64,000 bases of DNA from Macrostomum hystrix (GCA_950097015.1 CATNEN010000024.1:310001-374000), one strand, 5' to 3'; counted from the first letter of the stretch, positions 13,289 through 26,664 are shown. The notes: a model not told the origin generated them from the letters alone. Numbers and translations are program-made.

Positions 13289-14377
13289 ATTGAGCAAGAG
13301 AAGCTTTATTGCTGGAAAAATATGACAGGTAAGAAATTTGTTAATTGTCGAGAACGACTCACAACTAAAAAATCTTGAGAGAATCTACAATAGATCACAA
13401 TGTATCACCCATCACCAGCTTTAGATAAAGGGCAATATCGGTAGATGTGGCTCCCTAGTCCATGGACAGCTAAACTATGTACACTTGGCCCAACTGTGTA
13501 AGTTCCTAATATATCTTCCATCTTACACAAATCATTCAGCGCAATATATATAGATCTTGGCATGCAAATTTAGTAAATAAAAATATTAAAAGCACAAGTT
13601 AATGATCATTAAACGTATCAAAAATCAGTGCAATACAAAACGGCAGATCATCATCATTATTACTAATTTAAACTTTCGCAGCAAAACAATCAGATAAACG
13701 AAACAAAATAACAAAGAGCTAGTACAGTGTTTCACTTCTTATCCAGCAAAAAATACGAGCAAACAGCAAAACAGATGAAAGAAAACGACTCTACGAGTTC
13801 AGAAACAAACATTTTCATAGATAAGTATTCAATTCCTGTAGTAAATTTGAAATATAATTGTTGGTCTTTGTGGTGCGAAAATAGTTTTGAGAATATTAGG
13901 TAGAAAAATACACTCGAAAATTTTCATGATCGACTTTGTAAGTAATTTTTAGGAACACCGAATCACTGGAAATAGTATGCACGAAAAAATACGATGCTGA
14001 TGAAAGTGATTAATAGTCTGCGAGCCCGCCACCAAAAAGGACAAAAACAAACAAAAAAGTTTAATTGATTTAAAGCAACTGATTAAGTGATAGTATGCTT
14101 TCAAAAAGCGTCAGATGGATCACGATGAGTAAGAGTTATAAGTTGAAAAAAGTGAATTACAAATAGAATTAAAGAAATTTGGATTACAAAACATTTTCAC
14201 TGGAAAACAGCAGCCGCATAGTTTACTAAATAGTGCAGGAATTGGGCTTTAGCTGGGTGAAGGGAGAAATGCCTTAAACAGCTGATGCAATAACGAAAGC
14301 GTCCAGAAAGTTAATGCGATTGAAAATCCAGAATGAAAAATCTAGCTTAATGTGCATTGTTTAGTTTTTATAGGACC

Positions 14378-16540
14378 TCAATAATCCGCAGTGACTGCAT
14401 CCACTAGGCCGCCAGTATAAACTGTGATAGCTTTTAGCCTGCCATTGAGCAGGTTTTGTTCCACCTCCACAATGCCGGCGCGACATCCGGCCAGCAGGCG
14501 AGTTAGCTGGCCAAGGTCGGTATTGCGCGGCAGGTAAATACCTACGCTAGCGCAGTGACAAAGTGCTGCGCGAATGCAGTCGGCAACAGATCGATCGCCG
14601 GACAAGACTGGGGCGTCCAGGTCAAACACATCCTTGTCCAGATAGCTGGGACCGCCCCAGGGAGGCGACAAAAAGACTGCATCAGCGATTGGCCCAACAC
14701 GAGGAATGGCGTCAAAAAAGTCGGCGCACAAGAAGCTAACACGATTGAGCACATCGTAGACACCGGCATTGTGCTCAGCCATGGTTAGACGGCTAGGATC
14801 AATGTCGATTGCAACAACATGGCCGCAAAGCTGGGCAAACTGAATCACGTTACCACCGGCACCGCAGAATGCATCGATGAGAACGCCGGAGACCTTTAGA
14901 CGCTCAGCCTGATGACGGGCTATGCGTTGCGGCGTAACGCTGAACCAGGCCTCTCTGTCCAGCTGGATGCCTTGATCAAATCGATCGAAGAAGCGATAAC
15001 GCTGGTTCCAGTATTTATTCAGCGCTGGATCTTGCAAAGCCGTCTTGGCTTCGACAGCCTAAATGAAAATGGTTTAGAAAGCATGAGCTCTTTGATGATT
15101 TTTTCTCATTTTTTAAATTCTAATACTATAGTTTCCCGGAGTAATTCTGGCATCAATAATGTGCAGTTTAGCCTCGGGATTTACTTTACAGCATTAGCTG
15201 TTAACAAACAGATGCTACATTAATTATCATTACTATGACTCGATTTCTTTACGTTATATTTGTAAAATCTACATTCTGATATATTCCTTATTCTACATTC
15301 TACATATACTTTAGGAATAGTTTTTAATAAAAATCACCTCAGTCTCTTCGTCTCTCTCAATCGCCTGCCTGTCCTTGTACGACAAGCGTGAGGCAACTTG
15401 GCCAGCTGGCATCAGTAGATAGTGGCTAGAAGCTACATGATCCTGGTCTAGGTGTGCCTTGTAGACAAAGCCTAGCCGTTTAGCTAGCTTTAGGGCCGAC
15501 TGCTTAGCACCCTGACCAGGTCGGTAACGTGACACAAGTCTAAGAATCTCGACCCAGTAGGCTGTTTCAGTATTTCGCTGCCACTCCAGATCCCAATCCT
15601 GCACCGGTAGACCAGGTGGTACACTGGAGCACTGAGTTTCACGCAGAAGTTGAAGAAACTCCTCGTCTTCACGCAGGCTTAGCGGCATGCCAGACCAGCT
15701 TTCCTCTGTCATGTAGGCGCCAAAACGACGCACCCAAGCTAGCCAGACACAACGATCACGATTGATGCTCCATTGGCGTTCGAATTCGGCTGAAATCCAC
15801 TCATAATCGGGCCAATGTGGACCATAGTATACTATGTCATTATCTGTGCTCTCAGCGCATACATCCTTGTTGCTATTGTCTTTTTCTGCGTCATCGTCGA
15901 CTACAAATTCTGGAATTGACTTGCGTCTCTTTGGAGACTCATCACCAGCACTAATATTTCCATCTTCGATTTGAGCGACTGGCGCATCCAAATCCTGAAT
16001 TATGTGACGCTTTCCTGGCTTGCGGCCAGAGCCACCATTCTGACGCTGCTGTCTTTGGCGGACAGCAAAATTAGTTGGCAGACCCAAACGCGCCATCATC
16101 TGTTCCTCACTTTCTTGAATGACTCTAGCCTCGCAGGCATCGTCTTTCATTTTCGGGCTTGTTTCCTTAGCTTCTCTACTGATTTGACGAGTCTCCTCTT
16201 CGCCGTCGCAAGCAGCTCCAGAATCGGCTGAAATGCATAATTCAGCCAGCTTATCTGAAACAACATCATCAGACGCAATGGATGCTACTGTAGGCTGAAT
16301 CTCATTTTCATCTGGATTAAGTGAATCATCAATATTTTTGTTAACTTCTGCTTGATCTTCATTAATTTGCTTTGGCTTTTGAACTTTTCCATTGTAAATT
16401 TTTCCATCTGTAATATAAGCTCTAGTGAGAAAAGCACGCAGTGGATTATCTTCTTCAAACTGCTTATATGCTACAGCTAGATGAGCCAGCCGTTTCCAAT
16501 GACGCGCAGTGAAGCCTTGAAACACCTGATCACTAGACAT
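14378..16540 (-). CDS. TGS1: Trimethylguanosine synthase TGS1/PIMT (RNA cap hypermethylase)
   Basis: Exons 16540-15338 and 15058-14378 (phase 0). The C-terminal domain has KYWNQRYRFF, WFSVTP, DAFCGAGGNVIQFA and VFLSPPWGGP. Exon 1 carries TGS1 N-terminal-type motifs (MMARLGLPTNF; FERQWS..VWLAW; WDLEW). Confidence 0.95.
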
Positions 16541-16922
16541 CTTTCTGTTGGCTTTGCACAGTAGATAGTAGAAGATCAACGAGTGTTTCTAATTGGTCTA
16601 TATGATTATCAACACTTGCTGTGTCGTTTGCAAGAAGTTTAGCAGGTAGATCACGTAAACAGAACTGCTCGATATCACGCAGAACACTGCTGAAGGCTGC
16701 AGTATCAACAAATTCGCGTTTGTACAACAATCGTGCTCTTAGTGCACCAAGTCTCTCAGCACGCGGCTCAGAACTTTGAAACTCTTTGTCAAAAGAATTT
16801 TGTTGATCCAATTCGCTTTGGTTTGCAGCGCCGTCCTTAAAACCAAGTTTACCAATCTGATCCAATTGTTTCTGACAATCTTTTGAAACTAAAACCTGCT
16901 CAGCATCAGAGTCAGAATCCAT
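16533..16922 (-). CDS. YAE1: YAE1-like protein (Yae1_N/deca-GX3-type Fe-S maturation adaptor)
   Basis: 129-aa ORF. DSDSDAEQVLVSKDCQKQLDQIGKLGFKDG...QNSFDKEF...LGALRARL aligns by eye with human YAE1D1 as recalled (DEEADESLLAQREWQ..VKEGYRDG..QQGFNQGY..YGRLRGTL). Its stop overlaps the TGS1 start. Confidence 0.75.
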   Translation of the reverse strand: MDSDSDAEQVLVSKDCQKQLDQIGKLGFKDGAANQSELDQQNSFDKEFQSSEPRAERLGALRARLLYKREFVDTAAFSSVLRDIEQFCLRDLPAKLLANDTASVDNHIDQLETLVDLLLSTVQSQQKDV

Positions 16923-19900
16923 CCATTTAGGATGCAGCTAGAGCTGAAGATCAAATTCAATTAATGAAATTAGATCTGTAAGACAGCAAATCTTAAAATG
17001 ATTTCTATTAAAGGAAGAGAAAATGTTATAAGTTTGCTTGAATGTATGAAACAGACAATGGCAATGTTACACCTAAATTTTATTATGACGTCCCATAATG
17101 TTGGTTTGACCCAAAGGCAAATATGAGTAGAGTAAGGCCTAGGATCTGAAGCACAAAGTGAAACATTTTCAGCTACAAGTAAAATATAATAAGTTTGCCT
17201 GTATTTTTAGAGCCTTTCTTACCTTAACATTAGGTAGTAAAATAAATTTGGTGATAAAAAAAGTACAAAATTGCTGTCAACAAAAAAATGCAATTATGTG
17301 AAGCAATCAAGTCTAATTAAAGGTAATTTAGTTCTTTCAATTTCCAGTGTTTGATGCTGAAACATAGCCAACCAACAGGAAAATCGTTATATCTCTATGG
17401 TTTAGCAAAATAGGTATTGTAAACTGACATAGCGGACATGCTTATGTCCCTTATCCTGGTCACAAGCTTCTATGCAGCTAGGCAAACAGTCAAATTGTCA
17501 GTGGTTGCAAAACTAGTTTTATAAGTAATTAGCTAAATGTCTTGATGTTAGAAAGGATTCTAATCCTAAACATGGAATCCCTATTTCGCCAATTAAAATG
17601 CCAAGAACCTGGGTTATGCATTACTATTACATTGTAAAACATCAAATAAAATATACAAATTATAAGCCTTGTGTACAAAAAGAATTAAGTAAAAATTCAC
17701 AATAAATGTATTAAAATTTTTTGATAAAAGAGAAATTGAAAGCACTAGCCATTGTAAATATTTAACTAGCAAACTGTTACTTTAGTGATCTGCATTAACT
17801 AAAATGACGACTAACAAACTCTACTCTAGTCCATTTATTGTAAATGCACAAGCTACCACATGATATATGACTGAATTCCTATGGAAATTGGATATGATTA
17901 ATAAACAGAAACTACAAAATGAACTTCATTACAATCAACAAATTACATTTTTTTATTTTTACAAATTATATTAGCTTGATAATGACATTTCCCTGTGCTC
18001 TTAAAACAAAAAAAATTTCTACAATTAAGTGCAACTCATTAAACATAGGTAAGCCAGATTAAAAACCCTTGTCAACATTAACCCACCTAGAATCCCTACT
18101 CATTATTCTAAAAACATAGACCTTGCTTGGCTTCTAAAAATGTAATCATAAACACAAAAAATAATAAGATCTGTCTTTTCTTAGTATTGCTTATATTATT
18201 TTGATCATTTTATATTAATAACTATTTTAAATTAAACTTTTGTAATTTTTAAAATTGCTTGTCCAATATGCAAATTTTTTGACAAATCATATCTACTATG
18301 CACAATAGAATAAACATTAGAAGAATTGAGGTCTGACAGTAGGCAAACTTAACTGAAAGCATAGGCAAAACACACTTTCTCTTAATTTTAAGAGGCTTCC
18401 TTTGCAACCAACAAAAATCTAGATAATTATGCATGGTCCTACATAAAAACTATGCTTTCAATTGGTCCAAGTTAAAAAAATTGCACTAGACATTAAACAT
18501 CTTAGACAATTAGTCTAACAGAATATTCTAGCAAGTTAATATGTATATAAGGCTATAAGCAAAACAATTTTGAGCATGAACCATATAGTTATGTCAGAAT
18601 AATAACTACAGATGTGTGGATGCATGTATGAATCAAGGAAGTTGAGTCACTTCAACTTGAAGTTAAATATGGAATTAAATATTTTTGACTAAAAATGTTT
18701 GAGAACACATTAAAATGGTAAAATTGTAAAAAAATCAGTATTTATTCATTTTGTTGTTTTTTAATTAGCTAATTACCAGAGTGCACCATAAACTAATTTG
18801 TCATTTAAATGCTCAAAAAAATTATTGCCACTAAAATGGACTGAAATCACACTTAAACATATATTTTAGTCACTTAAACATTACCTAATTAATGCTAAAT
18901 AGCATCTATGAGCTAAGTGTTAAATTGGTTTAATCACTGAGGTTTAGGAAAAAAACATTAAAAAGCTTAATCAAAAACTCTCAAAGCTCTTGATTAATCG
19001 AATTGAATGTGTCTGAATATTGAATTTCTTAGAAAGCATATGGGAAAATTGATATTTTGTTATAAACATGACTTGTTTAAAATGAATGAATTCATATTAT
19101 TTTATACTATATAAAACTTTGTTAATGTTTCTGCCATTTATATTACAAAAAAGTATAAATAATACATCAGAGTTAGCAAAAGAAACTTGACTTTTGCGGT
19201 TTGATACAAAGTTTGTATACATTACTCAGAAGTGTTTTTTCATTCTTTATAAAACATACAAAGATAAATACTAAAATTTCAAAAAAGAGTAGAAAGTATT
19301 GCTATACAGTTGAGATCATAGGTAACACTCTTGGGAAAGCCTAAACTTAGAAATATATACATATAATTAAGTAATTGGTCAGAATAACTAAATAGGCTAC
19401 CTAGGCTAGTTATTGTATTACAGATAATAACTAAATATGATACTAAGAAATTCTTTGAAATATATAAAATATATTCTCAGAGGCTAATTCAAAGATAATA
19501 TTGAAATTACTTAGACAAACCTCTAAAATACCCCTATAACAACTTTTGTAAGATATTAAAAAGTAGAACTCACACAACTTTGGTGGCATTATGAAAATAA
19601 AGTTAGAATAGTAATTAATCCTACAAAAACTTTGGTGACATATTCTAGAGTAATAATTTAAGAAGCATTAGGACAACTCTGGTGGCAATATTGGCATAAG
19701 GACTTTACTAAAAAGTTAGGTCTATGACATTAATTTGAGTAAATAAAGTTACCAAAATCTATTTGTTTAGCAAAGATGGGCATTTGCTTGTATGGCTTGT
19801 ATATATATATGTTCATAATGTGGTGGCCTATTATAATAAACTGCTACGCCTATAAAGATAAGGTGGGCATTTTTGACATGGTATATACAAAGCTGACAAT

Positions 19901-20792
19901 TGTCTGCTAGCCTAATAAAACAAGCAGCAATGTGGAAAATTTGGGCATTTACAAATCTATGTTACTAAAGTTGACTATAACAATAAGCACGAATTTTCAA
20001 AACTTGTCAAGAAAAATGATTGTGTTTAGCCCTAGGTAAAAAGGGTCTAGAAAAGATATAAAATAGCTGCTAAATGCTTGCTTATTTATAAAATTATAAA
20101 CTAATTTTTAATAGGCTTGAGAAGCTGAAACATGTAAATTTGAGAAAGTTTTAGCCTAGATTACTTTAAAAAGGATTAAGAAATGTTTCACTTAGTTTTC
20201 TTATAATTTTAGGCGTGATTTGTTGTTTACATGTCACAGATTTTGAATTTCAGTCAGCTAGTTAAACTATAGCATTTTGTCTATGGCCAAAAAAGTTAAA
20301 ATTGCATACAAACATGACTGTACCATGTGGGTCTGTGGGCCAATTCAAAGCACAAATGGCAGAGCTTATTCCCACAGTCCCATGCCAATAATTTCAATTT
20401 TATCCACATGGATCCATGCCAATAATTTTCTGCTTAGGCCTATCCACATGGCAGCTTGTATGAATCCTATATATCCTAGGCCTGAAATGAGGCTCTTTCA
20501 GGTTTGAACATTTTATTGAACCCTTGAGCCAATAGATCAATAAAGTTGTCAGTGTGTTTATAACAGTGTTTACATTTTGACCTACTCATTCATTAACTGA
20601 CATTAATGTTAATCCTTTTATATTATTGTAATAAAAACTTACTAAATCTTTTGCGATTTCTCATTCTATTGTTAGCAACATAATGTTACATTAACAATTG
20701 GAATTAACAATTATTCGAATGTTAATTAATGTGTGCATTGCTCATAATTAAAAGAGGCACTACTGCAGGTTCTGGAAAACATGTAGGCCTAT

Positions 20793-21290
20793 GGTCCCAG
20801 GTCATTTCGGTGACAAGACATTTCGGTGACAGTCATTTTGGTGACAACTTAAGTCATTTCAGTGACATAATTAGGCCTAGGCCTAGTCAAATTGGTGACA
20901 ACTATTTTTGCACCTAAATATGCTAAAAACGGCCTTCCATTTTAACTATGCACATTTATAAAGTATTAATTAAATAATGCTATAAGTACTAATAAGAAGC
21001 TGCATCGCTCTGATTAAGTCTGGGTTTTACTTTAAATGAGTTAAATTATTAAATTATTTAATGAGTAGTCAATAGTTTCAATAGTTATTCGTTGCTAATT
21101 AAATGTGTATAATAATCATTTTTCAAGTTTTGGATTGACAAGGCAAGTGTAGGCTTTAAGCAGCTGCTGGATCGTGGAAGGCTGTTTTCTCAGCATATTT
21201 AGGTACAAAAATAGTTGTCACCGAACTGACCAATTCTGTCACCGAAATGACTGTCACCGAAATGTCTTGTCACCGAAATGACCTGGGACC
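20793..21290. mobile_element. MITE (non-autonomous DNA transposon), 498 bp, 8-bp TSD
   Basis: TIRs of more than 50 bp (GGTCCCAGGTCATTTCGGTGACAAGACATTTCGGTGACAG... and its reverse complement) built from CATTTCGGTGACA subrepeats. TSD AGGCCTAT at 20785-20792 and 21291-21298. Confidence 0.9.
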
Positions 21291-22581
21291 AGGCCTATAG
21301 GCCTAGCCAGTTGTATATAGTACATGAAAATTGCTACACAGTTCCTATAAAATATGTGCTTTAAGTTCTTAAAGTTATCGGCAAAATAAGCTGCCATGTG
21401 GATTGGATAGGCAGAGAATTATCGGCACGGATCTGTGTGGATAAAATTGAAATTATCGGCACGGGACAATGGAAATAAGCACTTCCAGCACAAATTCCAG
21501 AGCATTTACAGCAAACCCAATGCTTTGTTCGAGAGTGAGCTAGAAGAGTTCTTATGACAGCAGCTGTACCTTAAAAGTGTTTGCTATGAAATTCTCTTCA
21601 GGATAATTTGTAACTTTCCACAGTGAACAAAAATAAACACTCAAGTAGTTACAACGGGTACAGAACGGGGCGTGCTGCGCCGCCCTACTACACCATGAAA
21701 CAGCTCACTTGTCTAATGTTCACAAATACTGTTTAGGTTGTTCATGTGAGTATTTCTTACATTGCGACAAAACGCTTATTGCAAAAACCACTCAATGAAG
21801 AGAGCCAAACGCAGTTACTTCTAACGTTATCATATGAGCCTAAACAGCGTTGCTCTCTTTCCAGTGTTACGTGACAACATGGCCGATAAAGGTTTGGTCA
21901 AATCAATTTTGCGGTAGTTTAAATTTAGTTTTTGTAATTAAAACAAAGTGCTCCTAATTTGATTAGAAAAAAATACAAGTACATAATAATATATATATCT
22001 ATATGTAGCTAAATCCTTACCTTTGTACTGATTTGTTCAAGAATAAATAAGAAACATTATTTGCCCTTAAAACTCCCTTCAAAATTTTCTTTGAAATTGG
22101 TTATGAATCACTTATAGCTTGCCTGTTGCATTGCCATAAGGATTCAATTCCCCATATACTAGAAATAGTAGAGCACCGAGTACTAAGTTATGAATTAGGT
22201 TATGTTGATCCAGTGTCCTATTTTTCCATATTTTGCAGGCCAATAGACTATAATAGCATGTACTATGATGACAGCAAGCATATTATCACAATATTGTTAA
22301 CATTTACCTTAAGCTAGCCTAAAGGGTAAAGTAATGGCTTCTACGTATAGGCCTAGCAATCCTAGCATTGTTGAAATGTTTTTTGTTGTTTTTTGTCTTA
22401 AATTTTATCCAACGCAAAACCTATGTTGGATAGCTAAAGTCGAGATAGCTAAGTCTTATGATTCGACAAACATATTGATATTGTCCCTATGTGCAAGCTT
22501 GTCATTTTCATCTAGTTGCCACAGTTTACAGACAATCCTTGTGAACTGCAGTCTCTCTCTCTCTCTCATGCTACTATATTA

Positions 22582-23524
22582 GGATCCTAGACACTTCGTC
22601 ATCTTATAACTTCGTCAACCACTTGGAAGGTAGGACACTTCGTAATCCAGCCAATTGGCATGCTTTAAAGTTTTGTCAGTTCGTCATCTAGGCCTACTAA
22701 TAACAAGCAATCAAGTTTGTCATCAATAAAGTGAGGGTGGGTGGTGAGGCAGGAATTCCGGTCATTTCGGCCATGTATAGTTTAGGCCATAGCCACTTCG
22801 GCCAAAAGCTGAATGAGCATAATAATGCTACATTATTATAGTCTGTAATTTTCAGTACATTTAAGCAGTCCTTAAAATGAGTTAAAGCCTAAAGGGCTGT
22901 ACATCTTTGATTCCACAGCAGTAAATGCCTTGGACTCTGCAGCCAAACTCATTGGCAATACTCGTAACGGAATATGAAATGCACTCATCAGCAGTAGGGC
23001 CTACTGAACTATTCACATTAGTGCAGACTATTTATGTTTTTACCATTCTTTGTGTTCCAAGTCCTCTACTTTTTTACTTTTAACTGCACAAATACTTAGA
23101 GCATGTATTTAAAATTCTTATAATTGTAAAAGTCAAATTTGTGCTTTCCTTAGTTGGCGACAATTTGTCGCTAGGGCCTAATCACTATCAAATAAAATTA
23201 ATAACTCTTAAATAAATTAGAAATTAGCCATAAGAATGTTACCTAGGGCACATACTTGTGGGTATAGGTGTGAACACACTTCACACTCTAAATTGTCAAA
23301 AAGAGGTGATCAAAACTGATTTCATTATAAGAATTGAAAGACAGGTGCCAACACAATGTGAAAAGAGGTGGGGAGGGGTGGTTTGGTTCTTTCTTTGAAA
23401 ACTTTTGTTTTATAAATGACAAAGTGTCCAGAAGTCTAAGTCTCTTCATCATCCACCCTCTGAGATATTGGACAGATTGTCATCTAAATGAAAAAGTTGT
23501 AAGATGACGAAGTGTCCAGGTACC
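22582..23524. mobile_element. MITE, 943 bp, 8-bp TSD
   Basis: Left GGATCCTAGACACTTCGTCATCTTATAACTT versus right reverse complement GGTACCTGGACACTTCGTCATCTTACAACTT. TSD CTATATTA at 22574-22581 and 23525-23532. Confidence 0.88.
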
Positions 23525-24581
23525 CTATATTATGTAATCACATCTGGCTCTGTGTGTGCTACTTATTTTTTGGCTGAAGCCAAATAGAATGTGTAGTGCT
23601 TTGCTCTTGTCTGCGCTCATCACAGATCTCACCATCAGATCCCTAGCAGCTTTGACAGCAGATGTGGCACATTTTGTTTGTTTGCCAAGATTAGGCTGCT
23701 CATCAATGAATGGCAGTGTGTTTGAGAATGTGTTTAGCAACTTTTTCTATTATAGCTAAATATATTTTTATATCACTAAATAAAAGTATATAAAAGTTAA
23801 TATCTATTACTATATTACTAAATCTAAATTATTAATTAGGCCTAATTTCTTCCATAATTAAACTAGTTATTCAGTCCTACTGTAGTCAGTTATAGTTACA
23901 GTCAGTTTTGGTGTTTATATGGAGAGGCTACCTAAAGTAAATTTCAGCTATTTAATTAGAAATTTTCTGGTGGTGTTTAACTATTTTTAAATAAGTTTTA
24001 CTTATTTTTAATGCAATTGGTTTTCTATAAAAAATTCTATTTAAAAAGCAAAATTGTTTAATAAATAAATTGATAGTTATGCTTTTTGGAACCAATATGT
24101 TGCCATGTACATATTAAGTAAAACAACTATGATTAGTAAAAAAAGCAATTTTCTACAATCAATTGTCTCTTAAAGCATGTGATTTGTAATATTTGATTAT
24201 TTTGAATTTTAGTAAAAAGGATTATCTTATTTAGCAGTCATTTAAATAAAAATAACTTTAGTAAGAATCTTTTTTAAAGCTTATTAGCATGCCTCTATAT
24301 AATGACTATGCTAAGCCTGATTGTCTATTAAGGATAATGCCAAGCTTATCTGCATAGCAGCTTCTAATAACTGTGCTCTTCTATACTGTATTCAGTGCCA
24401 ATCATAGCTATTTATGTATATTTAATCTTCACAGCTGAAAATTTGTTATTAGTTGCTATATATTTTCAAGGATTTTTTTGTGATAAAAGAATATAGTTTG
24501 TAAACATTTATAATATTTTATAATATAGTTAATGATAACATTTGTCTGCAATAGCAAAAAATATATATAATTATTTACATA

Positions 24582-24824
24582 CATGCGCAACCTCCCAAAT
24601 CTTAGCTGGCCGTGCGACTTAGTTTTTGCTCTCATTTTCGACTTAGTTTGCTCTTATTTGCTCTCTTTTTCTCTCCCCTTTTTCCATTTCTTCACGCCTT
24701 CCTTTTTTGTCTCTTGGTCCCCCCTTTGATTTTTTGCACTTGGTCGATTGTTTTTTGCGACTTACCTTGCTTGGCCCTCGTTTCACCTGGCCGGTTTGGC
24801 TGGGTTGGCCGGGTGTTGCGCATG
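24582..24824. mobile_element. Possible small MITE with TA TSD
   Basis: TA|CATGCGCAAC ... GTTGCGCATG|TA; a GC-richer island in AT-rich DNA. Confidence 0.45.
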
Positions 24825-25643
24825 TATAATTATTTATCTCAGTATGAAATTAAAGACATCATAATTATTAGCCTATTGAAATGGAATGAAGTGAAATGAA
24901 ATGGACTTGTGGTAGCACTACAAGAGTATTGTTTTATTAAGAATAAAGAGAAGTAGATGAGCAAAACAATATAATAAAACAATGCCTTCATTTTCAACTT
25001 CAGCTGTTGTTATTACTTTATATGTATATACATAAATTAGTCACTGACCTAAATATGTTTAGAGTTAGCAAAAATCACATTTTCTATGTTATATAATAGC
25101 TAGATCCAAAAATTTTAAATCTTATAGTTGCAGCAGTATTATTGAATATCTATCTTATTTTCGTTATTAATCTAGTTTTGGCAATGCTTGTTGCATTCTA
25201 AATAGAGCCCATAAAGCCTTTAAGGCTATATGTTGTTTTATTCCTTCGAATTTTTCAAAGTACTGATTATCTGTCTAATGGAACTGTGTACTTTGGATTA
25301 GAGAGAATTAAAGTACAGTGTATACAATTCTTGATCTAAGAACACAGTAAGTAGCTAGGAACAAGCAACCTTGATTTGTAGTGCTTAAAGAGTTACTTTT
25401 ACTACCTAAGAACTTTCTAAATTTAAAGAAATATGTTAGGTCTTTGTACTGATTGTAAAGGTAAATATCGTAATAAGATGATTTTTGTTATTAAACCAAA
25501 AATACAACCAAGTTCCCATTGCTTGATTTCATTTTCCTTGTTATCTTCAGAAGCTATATTTGCTATATTTTTATCATTCTTAATGACACTATCTTAGCTG
25601 TCCTAAAATTACATTATCTACCCGCAGCTTACAAAAGCAAATC

Positions 25644-26087
25644 ATGTCTAAGACAGCCGAGCTAGACATTGAAGAGATTCGCGACACATTCCGCCTATTC
25701 GACATTCGAGGCGATGAGAAAATTGAAGCCAGACAGATTGGCGAAGTTGTCCGCGCTCTGGGCCTCAATCCTACTGAGGCGGAGATTAAAAAGGCCGGCT
25801 ATGACAAACAGCCAGAGATGCGTATCACATTTGAAACCTTTCTGCCAATCTACAAAGATTTGGCTAAGAATGCCGACAAGGTCAAGCCGGAGCAGTTTAT
25901 TGACGGCTTCCGCGTGTTTGACAAAGATCAGAATGGCACAATCAGCGCTGCCGAGCTGCGTCACCTGCTCACCTCACTAGGCGAGAAGCTCAAAGACGAA
26001 GAGGTTGAACAGCTACTAGCCGGCATGGACGACATTCACGGCAATATTAACTACGAGGATCTTGTGAGGAATATCATGAGTGGTTGA
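25644..26087 (+). CDS. Myosin essential (alkali) light chain, EF-hand, intronless CDS
   Basis: [68 protein letters not shown] is typical of MYL6/Mlc-c. CAG acceptor just upstream; AATAAA immediately after the stop. Confidence 0.95.
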   Translation: MSKTAELDIEEIRDTFRLFDIRGDEKIEARQIGEVVRALGLNPTEAEIKKAGYDKQPEMRITFETFLPIYKDLAKNADKVKPEQFIDGFRVFDKDQNGTISAAELRHLLTSLGEKLKDEEVEQLLAGMDDIHGNINYEDLVRNIMSG

Positions 26088-26664
26088 CAAAAATAAAAAA
26101 CTATCAGTCTTATTGAGTGTGCACTTTTTTGATAACTAACTCTGAATATTTATTATTTTATTTATATTTGCCAGCCTAACTGCTCTATCCTTGCTAACGA
26201 AAGTTATCTTTCCACTGTTAAAAAAGGTCCGAAAAATTTTAATCCGAGAAGCGTATCCTCTCTGTCGTAACAAAATTTTATTACGCATATCCGAACCACC
26301 CCCGCCTGTACGCCGCTTTGTGTTTAACTTTCCCACCACTACGCCTTAAATACAGTTGTCATTATTGATACTTAATATCGTATTTTGCATCTAATTCTCT
26401 CGCTGTCACCCTCAAACTTTAGTGTATTTCGTGTTTCTAACTGTAGAGCTGCATGCGCCGTTCAGTTTTTAAACATCAATCAATTATTATTATTTTAAAT
26501 TAACATTTGCTAATGAAAGGCACGATTGAGAAACTGTGTTTCCAAATTAAAAACAATGTATAATTTTTCGCTACGGCACACTTTATTGGCCTTTAATCTG
26601 CATAAAAGCTTAAAGATGGCTAATAGAATATTTAATTAGTCAGGGCTGGTACACGCTATAACTA

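Noticed and set aside
14542-15223. Antisense and alternative-frame ORFs over TGS1, MCM4, ATRIP, tetraspanin and SRBD1
   Set aside because: Shadow ORFs expected from GC-rich coding sequence, with no motifs of their own.
16560-16600. Programmed frameshift fusing YAE1 to TGS1
   Set aside because: The TGS1 frame is open only about 16 codons upstream and no recognisable slippery heptamer or +1 shift site was seen. Leaky scanning or an alternative acceptor explains the layout better.
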